The notes below the pieces were generated by a model. It was not told where the DNA came from. It saw only the letters and a program-made list of their open reading frames with translations, and searched no databases. The position numbers and the translations under genes are program-made. DNA of 64,000 nucleotides from an uncultured Planktomarina sp. GTDB taxonomy: Bacteria > Pseudomonadota > Alphaproteobacteria > Rhodobacterales > Rhodobacteraceae. Of the stretch, positions 37,455 to 47,753 are shown piece by piece. The stretch is from the NCBI RefSeq assembly GCF_905181815.1, contig NZ_CAJIZA010000005.1. One strand, written 5' to 3'. How positions within the stretch are numbered: position 1 is the first letter of the stretch; the number at the start of each line of letters is the position of its first letter.

Positions 37455-38360
37455 CTAGCCGCGTTGCAATTTCACCGGCTCGCTGCGCGCGAGTTTGAGT
37501 AAATGCGCCATGAAGGGTTTTGTTGTATCTTCTCGGCGGCTTGCACCATAGAGCCTGCGCGTGAGCCCCTGCTCAGTGAGAGGTCGGGTGACGTAATCAG
37601 AATTATAACGCACCTCACGCACAACCCAATCGGGCAGCACCGCAACGCCGCGGTTCGAGGCCACCAAAAGTAAAATCACGGCGGTAAGCTCCACCTGACG
37701 CAAAGCGCGCGGCTCGACCTTGGCGGGCATGAGCAGCTGCGAGAACACATCTAGGCGCACCCGATCTACAGGATAGGTAATCAAGATCTCATCGCGAAAG
37801 TCTTGCGCATCAATCCAAGGTTTTTGCGCCAAAGCATGCTGGCTTGAGGCAACAAACACGGGTTCATAGTCAAAGAGCGGTGAAAATTCGAGATCAGGAT
37901 GCTCCTCTGGATCGGACGAGACAACCAAATCCACCTCCTCACGCGCCAGAGCAGGCAAAGCATCAAAGGCTAAACCTGGGCGGATATCGACATCCACGTC
38001 GGGCCAGGCCTTGCGAAAGGACTCCAAGACGGGGAACAGCCACTCAAAACACGCATGGCATTCAATGGCGATATGCAACCGGCCTGATTTGCCCGACAGA
38101 AGGCTGCGAAATTCCTCTTCCGTAGCCTCAACCTCTGGCAACACCCGATCGGCCAATTTCAACAGCCGCTGTCCGGCCGCTGACAATTTCAGCGGTTTGG
38201 TGCGCCGCACAAAAAGATCAACGCCCACCTGATCCTCAAGCCCTTTGATTTGATGCGACAGGGCCGATTGTGTGAGATTGAGCATATCCGCCGCGCGGGA
38301 CAGCCCACCGTATTTATGAATGGCGCTGATAGTACGGAGGTGGCGCAAGTCAAAGTGCAT
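37455..38360 (-). CDS. metR: LysR-family regulator, MetR-like
   Basis: N-terminal HTH …LNLTQSALSHQIKGLEDQVGVDLFVRRTKPLKLSAAGQ closely resembles MetR. Divergent from a metF-family gene. Confidence 0.7.
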   Translation of the reverse strand: MHFDLRHLRTISAIHKYGGLSRAADMLNLTQSALSHQIKGLEDQVGVDLFVRRTKPLKLSAAGQRLLKLADRVLPEVEATEEEFRSLLSGKSGRLHIAIECHACFEWLFPVLESFRKAWPDVDVDIRPGLAFDALPALAREEVDLVVSSDPEEHPDLEFSPLFDYEPVFVASSQHALAQKPWIDAQDFRDEILITYPVDRVRLDVFSQLLMPAKVEPRALRQVELTAVILLLVASNRGVAVLPDWVVREVRYNSDYVTRPLTEQGLTRRLYGASRREDTTKPFMAHLLKLARSEPVKLQRG

Positions 38361-38384
38361 TCAAAAATTCCTCATAACTAAATT

Positions 38385-38397
38385 GAATTTTATGCAT
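38385..38397. promoter_or_regulatory. possible MetR box in the metR-metF intergenic region
   Basis: TGAATTTTATGCA matches TGAA-N5-TTCA at 7 of 8 positions. Confidence 0.2.
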
Positions 38398-38455
38398 TTG
38401 ATTAATCACAACCCCTCTGACACTGTCAACATGAGCCAGGTTCAATGAGGATAAA

Positions 38456-39277
38456 ATGCCCCAAATTTCGTTTGAATTTTTTTCGCCAAAAACCATAACA
38501 GCCGCGTTTTCGTTGAGCCGAACAGCCGAAACGCTGGCAGGATTCGCCCCACAATTTTCGTCTGTAACCTGCAGCAAAGATCCCGCTAAAACTCTGGATA
38601 CCCTACGAGCCTTGCAGCGAACCGGACTCGGCCGCGTGCATGCGCATGTCACCTGTGCAACCCAAAAACCAGCTGATCTTCCTGCCTATCTAAAAGCAGC
38701 ACAAGCGGCGGGCGCCGAGGGTCTCATCGCTCTGCGCGGGGATGCCGCGCCCGAGGGTTTGGATGTGTTAGACCTGATCGCATGCGCCAAACAAAACACC
38801 ATGCAGAAGATTTTCGTCACCGCCTACCCAGAGGTGCACCCTTTAGCGCAGAGCACCAAGAGTGATTTAGACTGGCTCAAGCGCAAACAAGATGCCGGCG
38901 CCACGGCCGCGATCACCCAGTTTTTCTTCCACACCGATTTTTTTCTACGCTTCCGCGACAAAGCAGCGGACCAGGGCATTACCCTGCCCATCATTCCAGG
39001 CATTTTGCCCGTGCAAAATTGGACAGCGACCCAAGCCATGGCCCGCAGCTGTGGCACATCTATCGCTCCAGATTTGGCAGAGGGCTTCGCCCGCGCCGAA
39101 CGAGAAGGCCGCGCAGAGATGATGGCCATTGCACAAGGCAGTGAACTTTGTGATAGTTTGATACAATATGGCGCTGAGCATTTGCATTTTTATACGATGA
39201 ATCGCGCCGAAGTGGTCAGTGCCATCTGCACCGCTTTGGGAAAAGCACGGAAACAAAGCCCGCGCCGCGTGGCTTGA
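38456..39277 (+). CDS. metF: methylenetetrahydrofolate reductase-family protein
   Basis: ISFEFFSPKT, AYPEVHP, ITQFFF, IIPGILPV and HFYTMNRAE motifs. The N-terminal VTYGA(G/N) segment is divergent (VTCSKDP). Confidence 0.8.
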   Translation: MPQISFEFFSPKTITAAFSLSRTAETLAGFAPQFSSVTCSKDPAKTLDTLRALQRTGLGRVHAHVTCATQKPADLPAYLKAAQAAGAEGLIALRGDAAPEGLDVLDLIACAKQNTMQKIFVTAYPEVHPLAQSTKSDLDWLKRKQDAGATAAITQFFFHTDFFLRFRDKAADQGITLPIIPGILPVQNWTATQAMARSCGTSIAPDLAEGFARAEREGRAEMMAIAQGSELCDSLIQYGAEHLHFYTMNRAEVVSAICTALGKARKQSPRRVA

Positions 39278-39333
39278 AGCTGCCCCTGTGCCACGCTAGG
39301 CTTGCCCAACGCCGGCACAAAAGGGGGCTTGAG

Positions 39334-39858
39334 ATGACAGAGGCGAAAGATTTTTCGGATCTACCCACCCGCGCGCAACTTCTTTCGATGTCCGGTTATG
39401 AGTTCATGTGCGCCATGCGCGATGGCACACTGCCGCACCCACCTATCGCGCGCTTGCTCTGCTATGAGCTGACCGAAGTTTCGGACGGTTCTGTCACCTT
39501 TGCTGGAACCCCGGAGTTTGATCACACGAACCCAATGGGCGGGCTGCATGGCGGATGGTATGGGGCGGTATTGGACAGCTGCATGGCCTGCGCAGTCATG
39601 ACCAAAGTGCCAAAAGGCAGCATTTACACAACGCTGGAATATAAGGTCAATATCACACGCAGCATCCCAATCGGCCAACCTGTTGTCGCCCGCGGATGGG
39701 TGCAGCACGCCGGCCGATCCACCGGCGTGGCCACTGGCGAAATCCGTGGCGCTGAAGATGGCAAACTCTATGCCACCGGTTCAACCACTTGTATCATTAT
39801 GCAACTCGATGCGGCGCCCAGGCCGCCGATCAGCGACGCTGGGATGAAGAGACTCTGA
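39334..39858 (+). CDS. PaaI-family (hotdog) thioesterase
   Basis: NPMGGLHGGWYGAVLDSCMACAV motif. Start at MTEAKDF, preceded by AAGGGGG. Confidence 0.8.
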   Translation: MTEAKDFSDLPTRAQLLSMSGYEFMCAMRDGTLPHPPIARLLCYELTEVSDGSVTFAGTPEFDHTNPMGGLHGGWYGAVLDSCMACAVMTKVPKGSIYTTLEYKVNITRSIPIGQPVVARGWVQHAGRSTGVATGEIRGAEDGKLYATGSTTCIIMQLDAAPRPPISDAGMKRL

Positions 39859-40828
39859 GCGAAAACGCCCAACCACAAGTCTGGACCGCGCCCAAAACAC
39901 CCAATTCAATCCGCTCCAATTGCCGGTCGAAGGCGCATGAACATCTTGCACGAATTCCTCTACCCAAGCTTTGGGCAAAGGCAGGCCTCGCTCTTGCAAT
40001 CGTTGCATCAGCCAGACGAAGGGTATATTTGACAGGGGTCGTGTATGGGGAGATCCCATCACCTGCCCGCCCACATCCCCATGATTTCCAACAAACCAGA
40101 CCTGCTGCAAATGGACCGGCCGATCTGGCGTATCCTCCCACATCTCAGGCCGATATGTGTCGCGGGTTTCGTCCAAAGCCAAAGCTTGAAACCCGGCTCC
40201 GACACAGGCGCTGATGTGATGATTGTGAAACTGGTATTTTCCCTTAAAAACCCACCAGAGCCCCCGCGAGCGCTGCCCAAGCGTTTTGACCGTGTCCCAA
40301 ACCCCAATCCCGGCGATTGGAACATCCAAGTGGCAATATTCTTCTGCAAAGGCCCGCAGATCTACGCTGCCGTCCCAATAATTGCGATAGGCCATGGAAA
40401 CATGACGCTGGGTGGCCTGATCGCGCCGCAGCAACCCGACTCGATCGATCGCGCGAGTAGCCAATCAAAAAAATCTCATCGCCCGATTGATAGCGGCTCG
40501 CCAATGCGCCGTAGACCTGCTGAATTTGCAGATCCAACCCGCTGCTGGTCAACACCGACCAGGCGGATGCCAAAAGATTGCCCCGATCAAATTGCAGCCC
40601 TGGTTGATAATACAGTGTCACACCCGGCCCGGCGTTGCGTTTCAAAAGCTGATAGGCCAGCCCGGCATTTGTTTCAAATCCCTCCTCAAGCGAGGAAAGC
40701 GTGCCGTCCATCACAACAACATGCACCGTTCTGCGCGGCGCCGTCGCAGAAGCAAAACCCGCATTGTCCACAACTTGGCCAAATCGGTTCTGCCAAATTT
40801 TGGACTTGATCCAATGCCACAGGGACAT
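39781..40828 (-). pseudogene. DUF2235-type alpha/beta hydrolase, frameshifted
   Basis: ORF 40244..40828 ends its recognisable part at …IFLIGYSR. ORF 39781..40464 continues with …ATRAIDRVGLL… and QVWFVGNHGDVGG. The frame changes near 40445-40460. Confidence 0.75.
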
Positions 40829-40834
40829 GAAGAC

Positions 40835-43120
40835 CTAGCCTGCGTTTTGCAGCATGCTCCAAACCCGCTGCGGCGTGAAGGGCATATCGGCCCGCGTGAC
40901 ACCCTTTAATGCCAGAGCATCCATCACCGCATTGGAAACAGCAGCCATTGATCCGATGGTTCCAGCCTCACCGCAGCCCTTCATTCCAATGGGATTGGCG
41001 GTTGAGGGCACCACGACAGAGTTGAAGTCAAACATGGGCACATCAGCGGCCCGCGGCATGCCATAATCCATAAAGCTGGCTGTCAAAAGCTGGCCGTTAT
41101 CATCATAAACCACATGCTCCATCATCGCCTGCCCCAGCCCTTGAACCACGCCACCGTGCACCTGCCCTGCCACCAACATAGGATTGAGAAGATAGCCGAA
41201 ATCATCAACGATGACATAACGCACTACCTGTGAGTGTCCGGTCTGCGGATCCACTTCGACTTCCGCCACATGCGCGCCATTGGGGAAACTCAAATCGTCC
41301 AAAGTCGCCGAGTGCGTCACATCCAAAAGCGCTGACTGCCCAGTCTCACGCGCAAGTTTGGCAGCATCCAACCAGCTGAACACCACGTTTGAGGCAGCAA
41401 TTCGAAACACCTCGTCATCAAAGCTCACATCGGCGGGATCGGCCTCATGATACTCGGCCAAAAAGAGTTTATAGGCCTGCGTCATCACTGTCACCAAAGC
41501 CAGAGTCGCGGAATTTTGCACCGTCGCGGAGCGCGACCCACCAGTTCCGCCTCCAGTGGGAATAAGATCACTGTCGCCTTGGATCACGTTAATCTGCTCT
41601 GCTGGCAGGCCGGTTTGATCGGCCAAATATTGCGCATAGACCGTTTCATGACCCTGCCCTCCGGACTGTGTACCCACATAAAGATCCACGTGGCCATCGG
41701 CACGAAACACAACCCGAGAGGTCTCGGTCGGGTTGCCTAGGATACTTTCTATATAGCAGCAAAGCCCCAAGCCGCGCAGCAGCCCCTTTTTCGCACTTGC
41801 TGCACGCCGCGCCGCAAAGCCTTCGAGCTCTGCCTCTTGAGCCAAACGATCTAAAACAAGACCGAAGTCGCCAACGTCGTAGCGCACCTGGCTGGCCGTC
41901 TTATAAGGAAATTTCTCTGGTGCAATGAAGTTACGGCGTCGGAACTCCCAAGCGTCGATACCAAGTTCACGGGCGGTATAATCCATGGCCCGTTCCAACA
42001 CATAGATCGCCTCAGGACGCCCAGCGCCACGATAGGCATCCACCTGCGTGGTGTTGGTATAAATCCCAGTGACTTGCAGATGCGCCACCTCAATATCGTA
42101 AAGACCGGTTAAAACTTTTGAAAACAGCTGCGTTTGAATGGGTTGCGCAAATTGACCCGAATAAGCGCCCATATTGGCCAATGTCTGCACCTGATAGCCA
42201 ATGATCTTGTGATCGGCATCCAGGGCCAGGGTCGCAGTAGAGGTCAGATCCCGACCACCGTTGTCAGACAACATCGCCTCCGACCTGTCCGACATCCAGC
42301 GCACAGGACGATTGAGCATGCAAGCCGCCTGCGCCACTAGAAAATATTCCGGATAGGCCATGGCTTTCATGCCAAAGCCACCACCAACGTCGGGGTTTGT
42401 CACGCGGATTTCGCTTTCTGACAGGCCAAACATCTTTGCCAATTGTCCCTTTTGCGACCAGACCCCCTGACCATTCACGCACAGATGCAACCGCCCATCT
42501 TCTATATCGGCCCAACAGCCGCGCGGTTCCATAGAATTGCAAATCACACGGTTGTCGGAAATTTCAAAACTCAATACATGGGCCGCTTTGGCTTTCACCG
42601 CCTCCATCTGCGCGCTATCGCCCAAAGCCCAGTCAAAGGCCACATTATTCGGCGCTGCGTCATGCAAAATTGGACCGCCGGGCTGCAACGCAAGATGTAC
42701 CGGCAGATCATCAACCTCAAACCCAATCATATCCGCCGCGACCCGCGCCTGCGCATATTTATCGGCAAAGACCATTGCGACCGGCTCACCCACAAAGCGC
42801 ACCTTGTCTTTGGCCAATAAAAATCGATCAGTGTTCGGCGCCAATTTACCGTCTTGGTTTTTCACCAGACTGGCTTCCATCTTGCTCGAGAGCACGGCCT
42901 TCTCCAGCCTTTCCGCAGTGAGCACAAGATGGACCCCATTGGCCTCTTCAGCCTCTTGCGTGTCCAGCGCAGTGATGACCCCATGCGCGTAGCTTGAACG
43001 CAGCACATAGCCATGCAACGCACCCTGTGGAGCGTTATCATCCACATATTGCCCGCGACCGGTCAGAAAACGATCGTCTTCTCGGCGCAAAACCGACTGG
43101 CTTTTCCCAAATTTTTCCAC
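40835..43120 (-). CDS. molybdopterin-binding large subunit of the xanthine dehydrogenase/CODH family (form II CoxL-like)
   Basis: 761 aa from a GTG preceded by AGGAG. Contains AYRGAGR, the form II CoxL-type active-site motif. Confidence 0.85.
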   Translation of the reverse strand: MEKFGKSQSVLRREDDRFLTGRGQYVDDNAPQGALHGYVLRSSYAHGVITALDTQEAEEANGVHLVLTAERLEKAVLSSKMEASLVKNQDGKLAPNTDRFLLAKDKVRFVGEPVAMVFADKYAQARVAADMIGFEVDDLPVHLALQPGGPILHDAAPNNVAFDWALGDSAQMEAVKAKAAHVLSFEISDNRVICNSMEPRGCWADIEDGRLHLCVNGQGVWSQKGQLAKMFGLSESEIRVTNPDVGGGFGMKAMAYPEYFLVAQAACMLNRPVRWMSDRSEAMLSDNGGRDLTSTATLALDADHKIIGYQVQTLANMGAYSGQFAQPIQTQLFSKVLTGLYDIEVAHLQVTGIYTNTTQVDAYRGAGRPEAIYVLERAMDYTARELGIDAWEFRRRNFIAPEKFPYKTASQVRYDVGDFGLVLDRLAQEAELEGFAARRAASAKKGLLRGLGLCCYIESILGNPTETSRVVFRADGHVDLYVGTQSGGQGHETVYAQYLADQTGLPAEQINVIQGDSDLIPTGGGTGGSRSATVQNSATLALVTVMTQAYKLFLAEYHEADPADVSFDDEVFRIAASNVVFSWLDAAKLARETGQSALLDVTHSATLDDLSFPNGAHVAEVEVDPQTGHSQVVRYVIVDDFGYLLNPMLVAGQVHGGVVQGLGQAMMEHVVYDDNGQLLTASFMDYGMPRAADVPMFDFNSVVVPSTANPIGMKGCGEAGTIGSMAAVSNAVMDALALKGVTRADMPFTPQRVWSMLQNAG

Positions 43121-43261
43121 GCAGCTGCTCCTAAGTTTCGTTAAATAGTAACAAGCTGCTCCCGACTGTCCAGCCACAAGCAAATTAATTCTTTGATGTC
43201 GTATTCAGGCAAGACCGCCACTTTGAGACATGGCGCATTTGGAGCATACAAGGAGTTTACA

Positions 43262-44134
43262 ATGGCAAATATCGAGACCTCCAACCATCTGTCCCAGGTT
43301 CAAATCCAAAGCTATTGGGAGAACGGTTTTTTATGCCCAATCCCGGCAATCTCGCCCCAGTAATGTCAAGACTGGCCCACCCAGTTGGAAACAATTGAAG
43401 GCGATTGGCTCGACAACGGCCTACCGCGGGCTTTGAATGTATAAAAGCGTGTCAATGCGCATGTCGTCATGCCGCTCGCCTATGAATTCGCAGCCCATAG
43501 CGCAATATTGGATGTGGTTGAGGGTATTTTGGGGCCGGATATATTGCTCTATTTCACAGAATTTTAAATCAAAGAACCACAGATAAAACATGTGGTGACC
43601 ATGCATCAAGATTTAGCCTATTGGGGCTTGGGTGAAATTGATGGCATACTCACCGCTTGGCTGGCACTCTCGCCCGCAACGCCGCAAAGCGGATGTATGA
43701 ATTTTGTAAAAGGCAGTCACGAAAACCCGATTGTTCCCCATGAGGATAACTTTGATGAGCTAAACCTTCTGTCACGAGGTCAAGAAGTCAAAGTCGATGT
43801 CGCCGAGGAAGACAAATCCAGCGGCGCCCTAGGCACTGGCGAGATCAGCCTGCACCACGGCTTGATGATCCATGGTTCGGGGGCCAATACAAGCCACGAC
43901 CGCCGAATTGGTGTCGTGATGCGCTTTTTGAGCCCGCATGTGAAAAAACCAAACAATGCGCCCGATTACGGCGTACCCATGCGCGGCCGTTGCGACACCG
44001 GGAATTTCACCCTCTGCGACGCACCAAGGGGCTTGTTTCATCCAGACGATCTTTTACTATATGAGGAAACTCGAACAGAACAGGCCAAAGTCATGATGGC
44101 GGGAGCAAAGGGTAATGCAGAGATGTACGAATGA
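43262..44134 (+). pseudogene. phytanoyl-CoA dioxygenase (PhyH)-family Fe(II)/2-oxoglutarate dioxygenase with three in-frame TAA codons
   Basis: A single frame runs from ATG 43262 to the stop at 44134 and reads as one PhyH-like protein, apart from TAA at 43361, 43442 and 43565. Confidence 0.8.
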
Positions 44135-44727
44135 TGGACCAAGTAAAATTTCGCGCCATGAAAGATGGCGATGCGGCAGATTATGCCTTTCTCACCGAAC
44201 ATGAGATTGAGCATACCAAGGGCACGGCAGATCGCCTGCTTCAGGCTTTGGTGATGTTGGATGAAGGCCTTTCGGGCTATCAAGTGACCCGTTTGGGCCA
44301 TTCGCTTCAATCGGCCACGCGCGCTGAACGCGATGGAGCCGATACCGATTGGATCGTCTCTGCGCTGTTACATGATATTGGCGATATTTTCGCACCCTAT
44401 AATCACGATGAATACGCCGCCAGTATTTTGCGCCCTTTCGTGCGGGAACAATGCACCTGGGTTGTCGAGAAACACGGTGATTTCCAGATGCTCTATTACG
44501 GCCATCACGTGGGCGGCAACCGAGACAAGCGCGAGGCCTATAGAGGACATATCTACTTCAATGATTGCGCTATGTTTTGCGAACGATGGGACCAAAATAG
44601 CTTTGATCCAGAGTATGATACTTTGCCGATAGAGCATTTTGCCAATCGCGTGCGGGAGGTTTTTGCGCGGCAACCCTATGATCCAGCCGTCCTGCGCCCC
44701 GGCGCTCGCCAGGCTTTGGTCAGCTAG
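44131..44727 (+). CDS. HD-domain protein (PhnZ/TmpB-like)
   Basis: 198 aa. …GHSLQSATRAERDGA…ALLHDIGD…NHDEY…EKHGDFQ. ATGA overlap with the dioxygenase frame. Confidence 0.75.
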   Translation: MMDQVKFRAMKDGDAADYAFLTEHEIEHTKGTADRLLQALVMLDEGLSGYQVTRLGHSLQSATRAERDGADTDWIVSALLHDIGDIFAPYNHDEYAASILRPFVREQCTWVVEKHGDFQMLYYGHHVGGNRDKREAYRGHIYFNDCAMFCERWDQNSFDPEYDTLPIEHFANRVREVFARQPYDPAVLRPGARQALVS

Positions 44728-44788
44728 GGCTTTCACTTGCCCAGAGAAATAGGTATTCGAAGACAAATTCGAAGGATACCTGAAACTT

Positions 44789-47718
44789 ATGGCCATGGAA
44801 AAATTCAACGCAGCAGAAGCTGAAGATCGTCTTTACAAAGCCTGGGAGGCGGCGGGCTGTTTTACAGCCGGGGCCAATGCCAAACCCGGAGCGTCAAGCT
44901 ATTGTATCATGATCCCCCCGCCCAATGTCACCGGCGTTTTGCATATGGGTCATGCCTTCAACAATACTTTGCAAGATATCTTGGTGCGCTGGCATCGGAT
45001 GCGCGGCTTTGACACCCTCTGGCAGGCCGGCACAGACCATGCGGGCATCGCCACGCAGATGGTTGTTGAGCGGCAATTGGCAGAGCGTGGCGAACCGGGC
45101 CGTGTGGCCCTGGGGCGCGAGAAATTTTTGGAAAAAGTCTGGCAGTGGAAAGAGCAGTCTGGCGGAACAATTGTAAATCAACTTAAACGTTTGGGTGCAT
45201 CCTGTGACTGGAACCGCACAGCCTTCACGATGGCAGGCGCGCAGGGTGATACGCGCATCGGCCATGAAAATAGTCCAAATTTCCACGATGCTGTGATCAA
45301 AGTCTTTGTTGAAATGTACAACAAGGGCCTGATCTATCGCGGCAAGCGTCTGGTCAATTGGGATCCGCATTTTCGAGACAGCCATCTCAGACCTCGAAGT
45401 TGAGAATATCGAAGTCGCCGGCCATATGTGGCATTTTAAATACCCTTTAGCGGGCGGCGCGACCTATACCTTTGTGGAAAAGGATGAAGACGGCAACGAT
45501 CACGCTTCAAGAAGAACGCGACTATATCTCAATCGCCACCACCCGCCCAGAGACCATGCTGGGCGACGGAGCAGTTGCGGTACATCCCTCCGACGAGCGC
45601 TATGCACCGATTGTGGGAATGATGTGTGAAATTCCCGTCGGACCCAAAGCGCAGCGGCGTTTGATTCCCATCATCACCGATGAGTACCCAGACAAAGATT
45701 TTGGCTCTGGTGCGGTCAAAATCACCGGGGCGCATGATTTCAATGACTATCAAGTCGCCAAACGCGCTGGCATTCCGATGTATAACCTGATGGACACCCA
45801 GGCCAACCTGCGGGCCGATGGACAGGCCTATGCTATAGAGGCGGCCACTGCCCAGCGCATCGCAAATGGTGAGGAGAGCTTTGACGAGGCCAAAATAGCC
45901 GCCATGAATATGGTGCCAGATGCCTATCGCGGCATGGAGCGTTTTGAAGCGCGTAAAAAAATTGTTGATGACATCACCCGCGAAGGTTTGGCGGTGATGA
46001 TCCAAGAGACTGTAACCGATGACGAAGGCCAAGAAAGCAGCCGCTCAATTCCTTTGGTGGAAAATAAACCCATCATGCAACCCTTCGGAGATCGCTCCAA
46101 AGTGGTGATTGAACCGATGCTGACAGATCAATGGTTTGTTGACACGGATAAAATCGTCGCCCCAGCACTTGAGGCGGTGCGCGATGGTACAGTTAAAATA
46201 CTGCCAGAGTCCGAAAAGAAAGTCTATTTTCATTGGCTCGAAAACATCGAGCCTTGGTGTATTTCTCGACAATTGTGGTGGGGCCATCAAATTCCTGTTT
46301 GGTTTGATGAGACCGGCGCACAATATTGCGCCGCGACCGAAGCCGAGGCGCAGGCCATGGCCGGTGCCGATGCACATCTGACCCGGGATCCCGATGTGCT
46401 GGACACTTGGTTCTCCTCTGGACTTTGGCCCATCGGAACTTTGGGCTGGAGCGGAAAGGCTGAGGTCGATACGCAAAATAACATGCTGCAAAGGTTTTTC
46501 CCGACCTCTGATCTCATCACCGGCTCTGACATCTTATTTTTCTGGGTTGCCCGGATGATGATGATGCAACTGGCCGTGGTTGATGAAGTGCCCTTCAACA
46601 CCATCTACCTGCATGGTTTGGTGCGGGATGCTAAGGGCAAGAAAATGAGTAAATCCACGGGCAACGTGGTCGATCCGCTGGAGATTATCGACGAATTTGG
46701 CGCCGATGCTCTGCGCTTTACCAATGCCTCCATGGCCTCTCTGGGCGGGGTGCTCAAACTGGATATGCAGCGCATTGCAGGATATCGAAATTTTGGCACC
46801 AAGCTTTGGAACGCCTGTTCTTTTGCCGAATTTAATGAGGCGTTTGAGCAGCGAAGCGCTTCCATTCCAAGCCCGGATTTGGCGCTCAACAAATGGATCA
46901 TTGGCGAAGTGGGTCGGGTACGCGTGGCGGTGGATGCCGCGCTCGACGGCTATCGCTTCAATGATGCGGCCTCCGCGCTCTACGGCTTTGTCTGGGGCAC
47001 GCTGTGCGATCGCTACCTCGAACTGTCAAAGCCAATTTTGAAAGGCAACCATTCCAGCGGCGACGCCGGGCGGTTGGAAACACAAACCACTCTGGCTTGG
47101 GTTTTAGAACAATCTATGACCTTACTGCATCCCATTATGCCGTTTATCACCGAAGAGCTTTGGGGCATCACAGCACCGCGCACGCATATGCTGGTGCATC
47201 AAGATTGGCCGGACTATGGGCTTGAATTGGTCGATGCCTCCGCCAGCGAAGAAATCAGCTGGGCCATTTCATTGATTGATGCCATCCGCTCTGCCCGTGC
47301 ACAGATGAATGTGCCCGCCGGTGCGAAAGTGCCCTTGGTGCAAGTGACAATCAGCCCAGCCGGTGAAGCGGCTTTGGCGGCAAATATGGCGCAAATTCAG
47401 CAAATGGCTCGGATCACCGAAGTCACCCAAGTGTCTGACATGCCCAAAGGCGCCATCACCATCACGGCACCCCAAGCCACTTTTGGCCTGCCCCTGGCAG
47501 ATATCATAGATGTGGCGGCCGAGAAGATGCGACTTGAAAAAAGCATGGGTAAATTGGCGAAAGAACTGGGCGGCCTTCGGGGGCGTTTGAACAACCCCAA
47601 ATTCGCCACCTCCGCCCCACCAGAGGTCTTGGCCGAAACACGCGCCAATCTCGAAGCCCGTGAAGAGGAAGAAGTCAAACTTTCTATAGCATTGGCAAGG
47701 TTGGAAGAAATCGGATAA
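44789..47718 (+). pseudogene. valS: valine--tRNA ligase interrupted by two +1 frameshifts
   Basis: [13 protein letters not shown] (HIGH) and KMSKS are present. The protein runs through three frames (44789-45373, 45375-45497, 45499-47718). Extra bases appear at about 45374 (C) and about 45498 (G). Confidence 0.93.
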
Positions 47719-47753
47719 GCTGCTCAGGAACTTTTTTGCCTGGAGACCGTGCC

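Noticed and set aside
38432-38444. Second MetR-box-like site TGAGCCAGGTTCA
   Set aside because: It matches 7 of 8 positions, but it lies 12 nt from the metF ATG and overlaps the RBS. That is an implausible position for an activator site.
43361-43567. Stop-codon reassignment or recoding (selenocysteine/pyrrolysine-type) as an explanation for the in-frame TAA/TAG codons
   Set aside because: TAA and TAG are used as ordinary terminators by many intact genes in the window. The affected positions include a conserved Trp (TGG to TAG in the GPx WNF box). No TGA/SECIS context or pyl genes are seen.
45370-45500. Programmed +1 ribosomal frameshifting in valS
   Set aside because: Neither site has a slippery or hungry-codon context like prfB. 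Two independent programmed shifts in one aminoacyl-tRNA synthetase have no precedent that I know of. A sequencing artefact or true lesions are simpler explanations.
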